Below are positions 52,936 to 64,000 of a DNA stretch of 64,000 nucleotides, one piece after another. The notes below the pieces were generated by a model. That model searched no databases. It saw only the letters and a program-made list of their open reading frames with translations, and was not told the DNA's origin. The stretch comes from Octopus vulgaris (lineage: Eukaryota). Position 1 is the stretch's first letter. Each line of letters starts with the position of its first letter. The stretch lies in contig OX597814.1 in assembly GCA_951406725.2 (NCBI GenBank), forward strand, positions 183,954,001 to 184,018,000, read 5' to 3'. The position numbers and the translations under genes are program-made.

Positions 52936-53231
52936 TATGTATACAAAATGTTTCTGTACGATTTCTGTCTACCAAATTCACTTACAAAGCATTGGTTGAC
53001 TGGGAGCTATAGCAGAAGACATTTCTCCAAGCCATTTGAAATCACGTGTTTGCCAACTGAAATTTTTAACTATGTTCACAGCCATTCTCATGCCCTATAT
53101 ACATATGTGAGTGTATGTGTGTGTCTGTGTGAATACGGACACCTTTGTGTGTTTATAGTTATGCATATATATATATATGTATATAAATGTATGTTTATGA
53201 GTGTTTGTGCGTGTGTGTATATGTATGTATG

Positions 53232-53286
<55 letters not shown>

Positions 53287-53532
53287 AAATTAATTAAGGG
53301 GAGAAATTGATATTTATCAATTAAGACCAGTGGTCCAGCATATTAAAAAAGAATCCGAAGATTAAAATATTTATATATACCAATTAAGGACTGAACACGA
53401 AAAGTGGACAGTCAACATGCTAGATATAGACGTCAAATCGTCATTCACCACAAAAGATTATGTTCTCAGATCAAACTCAACACAAAACCATAGCAATAAA
53501 CAAGTGAAAAATATACGAAATAAAATAATTAC

Positions 53533-53597
53533 CCATGTACTAACTTAGTTTCAGCTGTTATTTTCAGCAAGGAAAACTGCAGCCATCATCAGCATGG
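53533..53597 (-). ncRNA. Type I hammerhead ribozyme (inverted copy)
   Basis: Reverse complement of the 53826 motif with one change in distal stem II. Confidence 0.75.
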
Positions 53598-53825
53598 TCC
53601 GTTATAAATGTAATTTGCTGGACTAGATGCAAACACGATACCGAAATATCGCGTGCATGGAGTTCAGCCTATTACATTTGAATATATCTTTCAAATGCCT
53701 TTACTTTGGCGCGTTGAAACCCGAGGAAACTAGCCTGCAGCTAATAATTAGCAGCAGTTAATTTATCGGTTAGAGAACATATTTATTTATATAAAATTAA
53801 TTAAGCAAATTACATTTATAACGGA

Positions 53826-53890
53826 CCATGCTGATGATGGCTGCAGTTTTCCTTGCGGAAAATAACAGCTGAAACTAAGTTAGTACATGG
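53826..53890 (+). ncRNA. Type I hammerhead ribozyme
   Basis: ccaug-CUGAUGA-u-ggcug..guuuucc(uugc)ggaaaau..cagcu-GAA-Acua(agu)uagU-A/caugg; GUA triplet, predicted cut after 53885. Confidence 0.8.
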
Positions 53891-54332
53891 GTAATTATTT
53901 TATTTCGTATATTTTTCACTTGTTTATTGCTATGGTTTTGTGTTGAGTTTGATCTGAGAACATAATCTTTTGTGGTGAATGACGATTTGACGTCTATATC
54001 TAGCATGTTGACTGTCCACTTTTCGTGTTCAGTCCTTAATTGGTATATATAAATATTTTAATCTTCGGATTCTTTTTTAATATGCTGGACCACTGGTCTT
54101 AATTGATAAATATCAATTTCTACCCTTAATTAATTTTATATAAATAAATATGTTCTCTAACCGATAAATTAACTGCTGCTAATTATTAGCTGCAGGCTAG
54201 TTTCCTCGGGTTTCAACGCGCCAAAGTAAAGGCATTTGAAAGATATATTCAAATGTAATAGGCTGAACTCCATGCACGCGATATTTCGGTATCGTGTTTG
54301 CATCTAGTCCAGCAAATTACATTTATAACGGA

Positions 54333-54397
54333 CCATGCTGATGATGGCTGCAGCTTTCCTTGCGGGAAATAACAGCTGAAACTAAGTTAGTACATGG
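54333..54397 (+). ncRNA. Type I hammerhead ribozyme (second tandem copy)
   Basis: Same core; predicted cut after 54392, 507 nt from the first. Confidence 0.8.
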
Positions 54398-54576
54398 GTA
54401 ATTATTTTATTTCGTATATTTTTCACTTGTTTATTGCTATGGTTTTGTGTTGAGTTTGATCTGAGAACATAATCTTTTGTGGTGAATGACAATTTGACGT
54501 CTATATCTAGCATGTTGACTGTCCACTTTTCGTGTTCAGTCCTTAATTGGTATATATATATATATATATATATATA

Positions 54577-54915
54577 AAGGGTAAAATTAATTTATAATTA
54601 ATAATCTTACCAAGTAACGCGGTATGTTAAAAGAACTATTACCGGTAAACTTATACAAAAATTCTATAATTATGAGTATAATTATAATTAGGGCTTGGCA
54701 AAAATTTGCTTCACCACATACCGAAATTTAGAAATAGCAGTTAAATACTATTTCACTACCATAATAGTTAAAACTAACTATTTCACTGTCTGGAAGATTT
54801 TCTTATGGTAGCGAAATACTTAGTTTTAACTGCTATTTCTAAATTTCGTTATGTGGTGAAGCAAATTTTTGCTGAACCCTAATTACAATTATACTCATAA
54901 CTATAAAATATTTGT
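54577..54915. mobile_element. (TA)n-embedded fold-back element with ~100-bp imperfect inverted arms
   Basis: ttatgagtataatt..gcaaaaatttgcttcaccacata..gaaatttagaaatagcagttaaa mirrored at ~54805-54905. Confidence 0.75.
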
Positions 54916-55106
54916 TATATATATATATATATATATAATAATAGTTATCGCCATACTAATATGGCATTCTTATAAAAATAAGAATAAAGCTGTCCGCTTA
55001 TTAGCTCCATGAGGCCATCGCCTTAAGTTAGCTATTTGATACACAAACTGTATCCATATAACCTTCGAACAAGGGAGGTCAGTCGCTCCACACTACTTGA
55101 CCGGCA

Positions 55107-55148
55107 GCTACAGACGCGTTTCGGGGTATTGCCCCTTTTCAATGCAGC
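55107..55148 (-). ncRNA. Minimal type I hammerhead ribozyme, U3-A8 core variant
   Basis: gcugca-UUGAAAA-gggg(caaua)cccc-GAA-ACGCGU-C/uguagc: 6-bp stem I, 4-bp GC stem II, palindromic stem III, GUC triplet. Confidence 0.75.
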
Positions 55149-55218
55149 GTATTTTCCTTTTTAGTGATACATTGCTAAACCGCTGCCTACTTTAGTTACG
55201 TATAAACCCCATAGATAT

Positions 55219-55629
55219 ACTCTTTACTCTTTTACTTGTTTCAGTCATTTGACTGCGGCCATGCTGGAGCACCGCGTTTAGTCGAACAAATCGACCCCGG
55301 GACTTATTCTTTGTAAGCCCAGTACTTATACTATTGGTCTCTTTTGCCGAACCGCTAAGTGACGGGGACGTAAACACACTAGCATCGGTTGTCAAGCAAT
55401 GCTAGGGGGACAAACACAGACACACAAACATACACGCACACACATATATATATACATACATATATACGACGAGCTTCTTTCAGTTTCCGTCTACCAAATC
55501 CACTCACAAGGCTTTGGTCGGCCCGAGGCTATAGTAGAAGACACTTGCCCAAGATGCCACGCAGTGGGACTGAACCGGGAACCGTGTGATTGGTAAGCAA
55601 GCTACTTACCACACAGCCACTCCTGCGCC
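55219..55629 (-). mobile_element. SINE family A, full length
   Basis: Matches other copies end to end. Confidence 0.92.
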
Positions 55630-55889
55630 ATATGTGTACGTAAAAACACACTTTTGCATGTATGTATATATGTATGGGTGTGTTCATGCAAATGTGTGTG
55701 CGTTCGTGTTTGTGTGTGCATGTGTGTGTGTGTTTGTGCTTGCGTATGCAAATAAATATTGAACACACTTCAAAACATCAACTCATCAAAATAAAATACT
55801 ATTTTATTACATTTTGAATGTCTATAAATAAAAGAAAGACCAAGTATTGGGGTATATGAAAAGTGATACCCAAGGACGACCGTAGTCTT

Positions 55890-56103
55890 ACTCTTTCAGT
55901 TATGAGAGTGCGGTCATACTGGAGCACAATCTTGAAGAGATTTAGGCGAACAACCCCCCATCCCTCCCCAGTACCTAATTTTTTTTAGGTGAGGTACTTC
56001 TACTCTCGGGCTCTTTTGCCGAGTCACGAGGTTACTGGAACGTAAACTTATCAACACCGGTTGTCATGTGATTTTGGGGGACGAAATGACACAATGACAC
56101 ACA

Positions 56104-56148
<45 letters not shown>

Positions 56149-56985
56149 ACACTCATTAACACACACATAATACACCCAAACGCTTACAAACACATACTCA
56201 CACGTACACTCTCACACTCACACACACACACATACATACAACGAGCTTCTTTCCGTGTCTGTTATAAAATCAAGTCAAAAGGCTTTGGTTGGCCCGACGC
56301 TATAGTAGAAGACATCTGCTCCTGGAATCATTTGGTTCGTGAAGTAAACTTCTTTCTTTATTGCCCACGAGGGGCTAAACATAGAGGGGACAAACAAAGA
56401 CAGACAAACGGATTAAGTCGATTATATCGACCCAAGTGCGTAACTGGTACTTAGTTTATCGACCCCGAAAGGATGAAAGGTAAAGTCGACCTCGGAAGAA
56501 TTTGAGCTCTGAACGTAACAGCAGATGAAATACCTATTTCTTTACTATCCACAAGAGGCTAAATACAGAAGGGACAAACAAGGACAGACAAACAGATTAA
56601 GTCGATTATATCGACCCCAGTGCGTAACTGGTACTTATTTAATCGACCCCGAAAGGATGAAAGGCAAAGTCGACCTCGGCGGAATTTGAACTCAGGACGA
56701 AGCATCAGACGAAATACATATTTCTTTACTACCCACAAAGGCTAAACACAGAGAGGACAAACAAAGACAGACAAAGGGATTACGTCGATTATATCGACCC
56801 CAGTGCGTAACTGGTACTTATTTAATCGACCCCGAAAGGATGAAAGGTAAGTCGACCGCGGCGGAATTTGAACTCAGAACGTAGTGGCAGAGGAAATACT
56901 AATCATTTAGCCCGACGTGCCAACGTTTCTGCCAACTTGCCGACTTAAGAAGTAAACATCTTACCATCCTGGCACGCCTACACCT
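55890..56985 (-). mobile_element. Old SINE family A interrupted in its head by a SINE B trimer
   Basis: Degenerate A body 55890-56354, head remnant 56949-56985; duplicated gaagtaaac(t/a)tctt at 56341 and 56949. Confidence 0.7.
56355..56945 (-). mobile_element. SINE family B trimer (one head, three bodies)
   Basis: Three ~183-bp bodies joined at gaaatac(c/a)|tatttcttt. Confidence 0.9.
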
Positions 56986-57544
56986 ATACATCCAAATATG
57001 ATCAGTTATCATTATTTGATTTGTTGCCAAAACGTGATAAACATCACACATTATTTATTCAATCTGTAGAACAATTTTATTCTTCTTTAAAACAAGTGAT
57101 ATTTTAATCAAGTTACATGGAATAGCACGTGATATTTCCCCGTTATTAATATCATAAGCATAAAGTACCGTAGACCAAGAATATTCATGCGAATAGCCAT
57201 CCATCCATCCATCCATCCATCCATCCATCCATCCACCCATCCATCCACCTGTATATGTGTGTGTAATGTAACTATGTGTGTATCCTCTGTATATGTGTCT
57301 CTGTGGTTGTGTCTGTGTTATGTGTATGAAAGCAAATGATAGCAAATTCTTTCATGCAGACTGAATTTTAATTTGTCAATCTCAACGTATTTCTCAAATA
57401 GAAACATTCCTGTCTACATGTTTATATGTAAAATTATGTGTGCGTGTGTTTGTGTGCGTATAGCATAACCAAAATCAACTTTGCTTTTGTCAAAGCGAAT
57501 CTCTAGGAAAAGCACTATTGCGTTCTCAGTAACATGGTCTTGAC

Positions 57545-57824
57545 CAGAGGTCCTCAACCAGTTTTTATCTATGAACCCCTTTGATCATTATTTTATTCTG
57601 ACGGACCCCCATAGCAATGGATCTTTAAAAACTATAACTATGTTGAATGATACAGAAAGAAACCGAGCTGTTTCTTGCAATACATACCAATACATACTTG
57701 TAAAGCAAAAATTTTTCAGGATTCCTTAAAATACTATTGTGAATCCTCAATTTTGTTCTGTGAACCACGCCAAAATCTTATGTGGACACTGGGAGTCAAT
57801 ATGGCCTCCGGTAGAGAACCACTG
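57545..57824. mobile_element. hAT (Charlie-like) MITE
   Basis: Degenerate TIRs cagaggtcctcaacc and ggtagagaaccactg (consensus cagtggttctcaacc); flanks loosely resemble NTCTAGAN. Confidence 0.65.
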
Positions 57825-58641
57825 TACTAGGCGGACGGTCTGAGATTTGCAATCGTAGAAGGCAGCTACACTAGCAGGAGTAGAACCCCCAAGTATTTAG
57901 AGTCAGAGCTTAGGAAATTCTGCGAAGAGATAAAGACCAAGATAGTCACCAGAAGAGTAAATAAGGTCTAAGTGGACTCGGAGCCCCCCCCCCCCCAATA
58001 TTCATTTCGATGAGCGTCTGAGAATGTAACGAACACTCTGTGTCTGAGACTCTCGATCCTCATCCATTCATTAATTCACATACACACACACACACACGCA
58101 CACACAAACGCACAGACATACATACACTTGCATACACAAACACACATGTACAAGCACATATGAATGTTTGATCGCACATATGTGTGTGAGTGTATATGTA
58201 TATTTATATGTATATGACTATGTACCTGTCTGTGCGTTTGTGTGAATGTTCATTATCGTCATAATTATTCAAAATTTATCATCTTCTGATACTTCAAGAC
58301 TACCTGTAGTCGCTTTGTCTGCCTATTTACAACATTTTGTTCGAATAAACTGTAAAAGTTATAAAAGTTATAAAAATTATAAAAGTTACAAATTATGAAT
58401 TACACAGCTGTAGCAAATGTAAATCCTGAAATGGTTACCAATTCCATTAATAGGAGCGTATAGAATACACCAAAATTTATAAAGATATAATATTAAAACA
58501 TATAGGGAAATAAAAGCCACAGGTTTATAGTTGTGCCCACACTGTAAATGTACATTTTCTCTTTGTTATTCCCTCCCTCTCTCTCTCTCCCTCTCTTTCT
58601 CTATATATGTATACATATGTATATAATATTAGCGCGCGCGC

Positions 58642-58687
<46 letters not shown>

Positions 58688-58696
58688 GTATATATA

Positions 58697-58868
58697 CTTT
58701 ATTTAATAGCAGCAGAAATATAGCAAAAACTGTTACTCAGAGTTTCACGTTCCCTTTCGTCGGACAGTTTTGTTAAACTATTCTATTTAAAAGAAAACTG
58801 TCCGACGAACGGGAACGTGAAACTCTGAGTAACAGCTTTTGTTATATTTATGCTGCTTTTAAATAAAG
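58697..58868. repeat. Fold-back (~75-bp arms) within a (TA)n-flanked element, with a hammerhead-like motif on each strand
   Basis: ctgttactcagagtttcacgttccc.ttcgtcggacagtttt mirrored by aaaactgtccgacgaa.gggaacgtgaaactctgagtaacag. Confidence 0.85.
58794..58839 (+). ncRNA. Hammerhead-like motif with U4C core variant (mirror copy on minus strand at 58726-58771)
   Basis: cugu-CCGACGA-acg(ggaa)cgu-GAA-Acuc(u)gagU-A/acag; GUA triplet. Confidence 0.5.
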
Positions 58869-58950
58869 CATATTACTCTACCTCTGGTATTTGAGTACTC
58901 TTTTTTCCACCTTGTTTCACATTTATGTGCTTACTCCCGTGTAACCCGCT

Positions 58951-58998
<48 letters not shown>

Positions 58999-59274
58999 TT
59001 GGGGGTGATTCAAAGGAATCAGGTACTTAAATAATAGGTACCAGGTAGGCTCGAATTTAAACTTGTAAACAACACATTTAGTTGAATGGGTACCGATGGA
59101 CATCCAGTGAAAAATTCAGGTTATATTGACAGAGAATTTCAACATTATGAGTATTTCAATAGATTATGAGCTAACCCATATGTGTACATTGCAATGGTCG
59201 CACTTTATTTGGTGTACTCCAGTATATCCTACGGGTCGCGATTCCAGTGAGGTGTATTAGAAGAAATAAATAAG

Positions 59275-59453
59275 TAACAAAAAGATGGATAAGCGTCACT
59301 ACATTACAGCTGTTCCCAGCGGATTTCTTTAATAGATTAATGAGAACATTATATCATAACTAACTATTAGTCATCATATAATGTATTCATTAATCTATTA
59401 AAAAAATTCGTCGGAAACAACTGTTATGAAGTAACGTTTATCCACTATGTTGT

Positions 59454-59456
<3 letters not shown>
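59275..59456. repeat. Imperfect fold-back between (TA)n tracts with hammerhead 3'-half relic
   Basis: ggataagcgtcactacattacagctgttccc.. mirrored by ggaaacaactgttatgaagtaacgtttatcc. Confidence 0.6.
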
Positions 59457-59488
<32 letters not shown>

Positions 59489-59491
<3 letters not shown>

Positions 59492-59569
59492 GAAGAAGAA
59501 GAAGAAGAAGAAGAAGAAGAAGAAGAAGAAGAAGAAGAAGAAGAAGAAGAAGAAGAAGAAGAAGAAGAA
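59489..59569. repeat. (GAA)n microsatellite
   Basis: Direct reading. Confidence 0.95.
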
Positions 59570-59702
59570 AATGGAGATTGGGAATTTAATAAGTAATTAT
59601 TATTTACAGCGGATTAATCATCATCATTTGCTGTTAATAATAATTAACTTCCCAATTTCCATCTGTATTTTTCATTTCTTCTTTTATTTGAATATAAACT
59701 AT

Positions 59703-59745
<43 letters not shown>

Positions 59746-59851
59746 TACCTATCATTTTAAGGAAATTAGTTACCCCAAAATACCAGATATTGAACCAGTA
59801 TTTCCTTGGATGAAACCATCCTTTCCTGACGTTAACACAATCTCCAATGAA

Positions 59852-59891
<40 letters not shown>

Positions 59892-60439
59892 ACGAGCGCA
59901 GGCGTTCATACTCACGTGCGTAAACATGAATGTAAACATGTATATATAAAAACAAAGATTTAAGATAAACGGATCATGTGAGAGGGAGTTAAAACAAGAG
60001 AGGAGTGAGAGCAATTCAAAAGGAAATTGCAGGCGTAAAAGGGAGAGAGAGAGAGAGAGAGAGGGAGACAGACTGACAGAAGACGGGAAGAAGAGCAAAT
60101 GACCTTAACCATTTGATTAATCTCTAATTATAACCTCTAATCAATAGTCCTCAATATTTATTTATTTATTTATTTTTTTGTGGCGGCTGTTTCAAAGGAT
60201 AGTTTGCAAATTCTGCATTCAGAAGCTGTAAATCTCAACTTACTTGTCCAGTTGAGCTGCCGGGATGCGCGAGCTTTTGATGATTAATCCTTTATTCATT
60301 GGTGCTGCCTTTGAAGAAGTATAATACTTTTGTATCACAAAATCTCTCAAGGTATTAGTAAGCTGTCCCTTATTCCCTATAATATCATGTTATTATGTAT
60401 CACAATATGCACCACATTCCCACACATTCCACACAAACA

Positions 60440-60907
<468 letters not shown>

Positions 60908-62010
60908 CATACATATATGTGTGTGTGCGTGCGGACAATCCTATGCAGTTTACATTTACATATGTGGGTATGTATATATTCATAGAACATGCTATATGTG
61001 TGTTGTTTATGTGAAGCTCTTCTGCGTGTTTGAATTTTTGTGTCTGTGTTAGCCCGTAGAGATAATCTTATAGGATTGCATTTCGCAGTTATATTATACA
61101 CACGTATATATGAACATAGTTGTGTACATACGCGCTGTTATATATGAGTTCTAACATTTCTATATATGCATGTATGTGAATTGTGGTATAACTAATTGTG
61201 GATCAATAAATAAATATCAAGTATCTAGCTTAGAGTCATCATATACTGGTTCAAGCTGCCAATAATGAATTACCTACATTTCAACGAATGACAACTGCAA
61301 AAAAAAAAAAAATCTGCGTAAACCAACTTAAAACTCAGCTGATTACAGGAAGAGAGAACGTGATTGAAATTTAATAGTAAATATCAGGTAACAAAGAGAG
61401 AAATGATGTCGCTCATATAGCAAATGGAAGTCGTTTATTGTTACCAATATTACGAACGTTGGATTTGAAGGGATGGGAAGGTAAATGTAGAATGTAAATC
61501 TCGATGAACTATGGCCTCGAGCCGGTTTCTATTCCTGTTAAAACATATTCCAATATTCCACTAATTATGTTTTGCCGCTGATGTCCTGGGGGAGGAGAAG
61601 CGTAAACGTCAGACTATGCTAACATTCCTCTTTCTTACATTTATCGGTTTAATATAGAAGACAGGCGCATAAGAAACGTTGCAAACAAGAAGTAATCTTG
61701 AGAGTAACCAAGCCAGTAACCTACTTTCATTCTCTCTGGATACTGCTGCATTCATTGTTATTCTAAGTAGAAATGATTAAAAAATAACACGAGTACTAAT
61801 TAATATCATAATGACAGTGTAATAACTACAAATTCATTATGTCTATGTTAGAAGTGGTTACTAAACATGGCGAAGTGATTAAAGTAGCTAATAAATTAGT
61901 GAGCTTATCTTTAAGCTTGATAGTAAACGACCATGAGTATTACTGAATCAGAGTTTAAGTAGTAACCGTGTCAACTTTACCTTTCATCCTCCATAGATAA
62001 CTAAAGTAAA

Positions 62011-62410
62011 AGGCGGCGAACTGGCAGAATCGTTAGCATGCCGGGCGAAATGCTTAGCGGTATTTCGTCTGTCTTTATGTTCTGAGTTCAAATTCCGCTG
62101 AGGTCGACTTTGCCTTTCATCCTTTCGGGGTCGATAAATTGAATACCAGTTACGCACTGGGTCGATATAATCGACTTGATCTGTCAGTCTGTCCTTGTTT
62201 GTCCTCACTGTGTTTAACCCCTTGTGGGTAGTAAAAAATAGGTATTTCTTCTGCCGCTATGTTCTGAGTTCAGATTCCGCCGAGGTCGACTTTGCCTTTC
62301 ATCATTTCGGGGTCGATTAAATAAGTACCAGTTATGCACTGGGATCAATATAATCGACTTAATCCGAATCCGTTTGTCTGTCCTTTTTTTCCCCTGTGGG
62401 TAGTACAGAA
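62011..62410 (+). mobile_element. SINE family B dimer
   Basis: Head ggcggcgaactggcagaatcgttagc plus two bodies joined at aaata|ggtatttc. Confidence 0.9.
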
Positions 62411-62954
62411 ATAGGATAACTAAAATAAGAAATAATAATTCACAGCGGTTCATTTAATGTGCCGAATCCGTTAGAAATACAACGAGCATATAAGAAGTGC
62501 CACTGACGAATATCATATGACAAGAATGTGCTAAGCTTTAGAATCAAAAATGGATAACAAATTAGAGACTACCTATTAAAGATGCAATTAAAATTTCTAA
62601 TGCGTATCTAATGCTCTTTTTTATTATGTATGATTAATAAATTCTGTTATGAAGTAGTTATGATTATCAAGTGATGTAACATGAAATAGATGGAATTCGA
62701 AATTCTTAATGAACACATGTCACATCGGAGCAACAATAGCAATTTCAAAAGGAGTAAATTTCACTTAAAAGAAACCTAAATTCTAATTAGCAACCAAATG
62801 TATCTTAACAGAGGAAATGAGCTGGGAAGACTCTATCAGTGGGAGAATACTGTGCTATGATAGAATGATGAAAAAAGAAAGCAACAATAAACCGTCCCCC
62901 TCTCCAAGATATATTTTAATTGCACGTTGTCATATACATCATATACATAGTAAA

Positions 62955-63341
62955 AGCGGCGAGCTGGCAGAAACGTTAGCACGCCGGGCGATATGCTTAG
63001 TGGTATTTCGTCTGCCGCTACGTTCTGACTTCAATCCTTTCGGGGTCGATAAATTAAAGTACCAGTTACGCACTGGAGTCAGTATAATCGACTTAATCCG
63101 TTTGTCTGTCCTTGTTTGTCCTCTCTGTTTAGCCCCTTGTGCATAGTAAAGAAATAGGTATTTCGTCTGCCGCTACGTTCTGAGTTCAAATTCCGCCGAG
63201 GTCGACTTTGCCTTTCATCATTTCGGGGTCGATTAAATTAAGTACCAGTTACGCACTGGGGTCGATATAATCGACTTAATCCGTTTGTCTGTCCTTGTTT
63301 GTCCCCTCAGTGTTTAGCTCCTTGTAGGTAATAAAGAAATA
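62955..63341 (+). mobile_element. SINE family B dimer
   Basis: Head gcggcgagctggcagaaacgttagc; junction aaagaaata|ggtatttcg. Confidence 0.9.
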
Positions 63342-64000
63342 GATATACATAGTAAAGAAACTAGTTACCTCCCTTGTATGGTTCATAGCTCGGCTCGTAA
63401 TGATCTTAGATTGAACTAGAAAGACATTACTTAAAAAAGACGTTCGTTTGAAAACTACTAATCTTGAATTATACAAAGACAGGAAAACGGGAAGCGTTAC
63501 CCAAAGGCAGTAATGTGTTTTATTTGTATGAGACAATAAATAACAATCAGTACTTTTCCTTGCGAAAGTTAAGATAGAACATTGCATTAGATTTGTCATA
63601 AAATGCAATGTATATGATGAAGAATAGTGGGTCAAAAACCCAAGGCAAGTTCACTTTATTGACATTATGATTTTTGATTATTCATCTTATATTAGATGAA
63701 TATATATGTCTCGCAACCCTCTTTTCACAATAGCCATTTCACTTTCAATGGCATGTACTCACATACAGTTATGAATACTCTGTGAAGTTCTTATTTAGCC
63801 GTGAGGTTTTACAGTTTTAAGCGCGTAATGTTCCTTTTAGTGTAGAAATTTATTTGTGGTGTAACCTAAATTAACTACTTCTAAACTAACCCATTGAACT
63901 TGCTTAGAGATTACTGCTTGATTTATATATAAGTTTAGGCAAGAAATGAGATCTTTTCGGTTTGAACGGCAGTTTTTTAAAATAATTTCCACGTAACTAA

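Larger units (their letters stand above)
53282..54558. mobile_element. Retrozyme-like / PLE pseudo-LTR repeat: 507-bp non-coding unit, one inverted copy plus ~1.5 tandem copies, inside (TA)n
   Basis: agcaaattac at 53804 and 54311 (period 507); left arm 53282-53805 is the reverse complement of a permuted unit with atataaaattaattaag at both 53282 and 53789; copies near identical. Confidence 0.85.

Noticed and set aside
54780-54830. ctggaaga...gaaa as a hammerhead
   Set aside because: The core has an extra G and stems I and II cannot be formed convincingly.

Overview
AT-rich eukaryotic genomic DNA, dense in microsatellites and SINEs. The repeat landscape strongly resembles an octopus (coleoid cephalopod) genome; this is inferred from pattern recognition, not a database search. 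No intact host protein-coding gene is evident, and nearly all ORFs in the supplied track are translations of microsatellites or SINEs. The window holds many copies of about four tRNA-derived SINE families and decayed fragments of mariner and maT/DD37D transposases. It also holds R4/Dong-like and RTE LINE fragments, two Penelope-like element (PLE) fragments, MITEs, a tRNA-Leu(CAA) pseudogene and an ORF1-only retroelement with a 15-bp target-site duplication. The most notable signal is a set of non-coding, (TA)n-embedded elements carrying type I hammerhead ribozyme motifs. One is a young 507-bp circularly permuted, retrozyme-like unit (53282-54558) with three hammerheads. Other families carry minimal hammerheads whose catalytic 3-8 pair covaries (C3-G8, U3-A8, G3-C8). 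All ribozyme calls come from manual folding and are untested.
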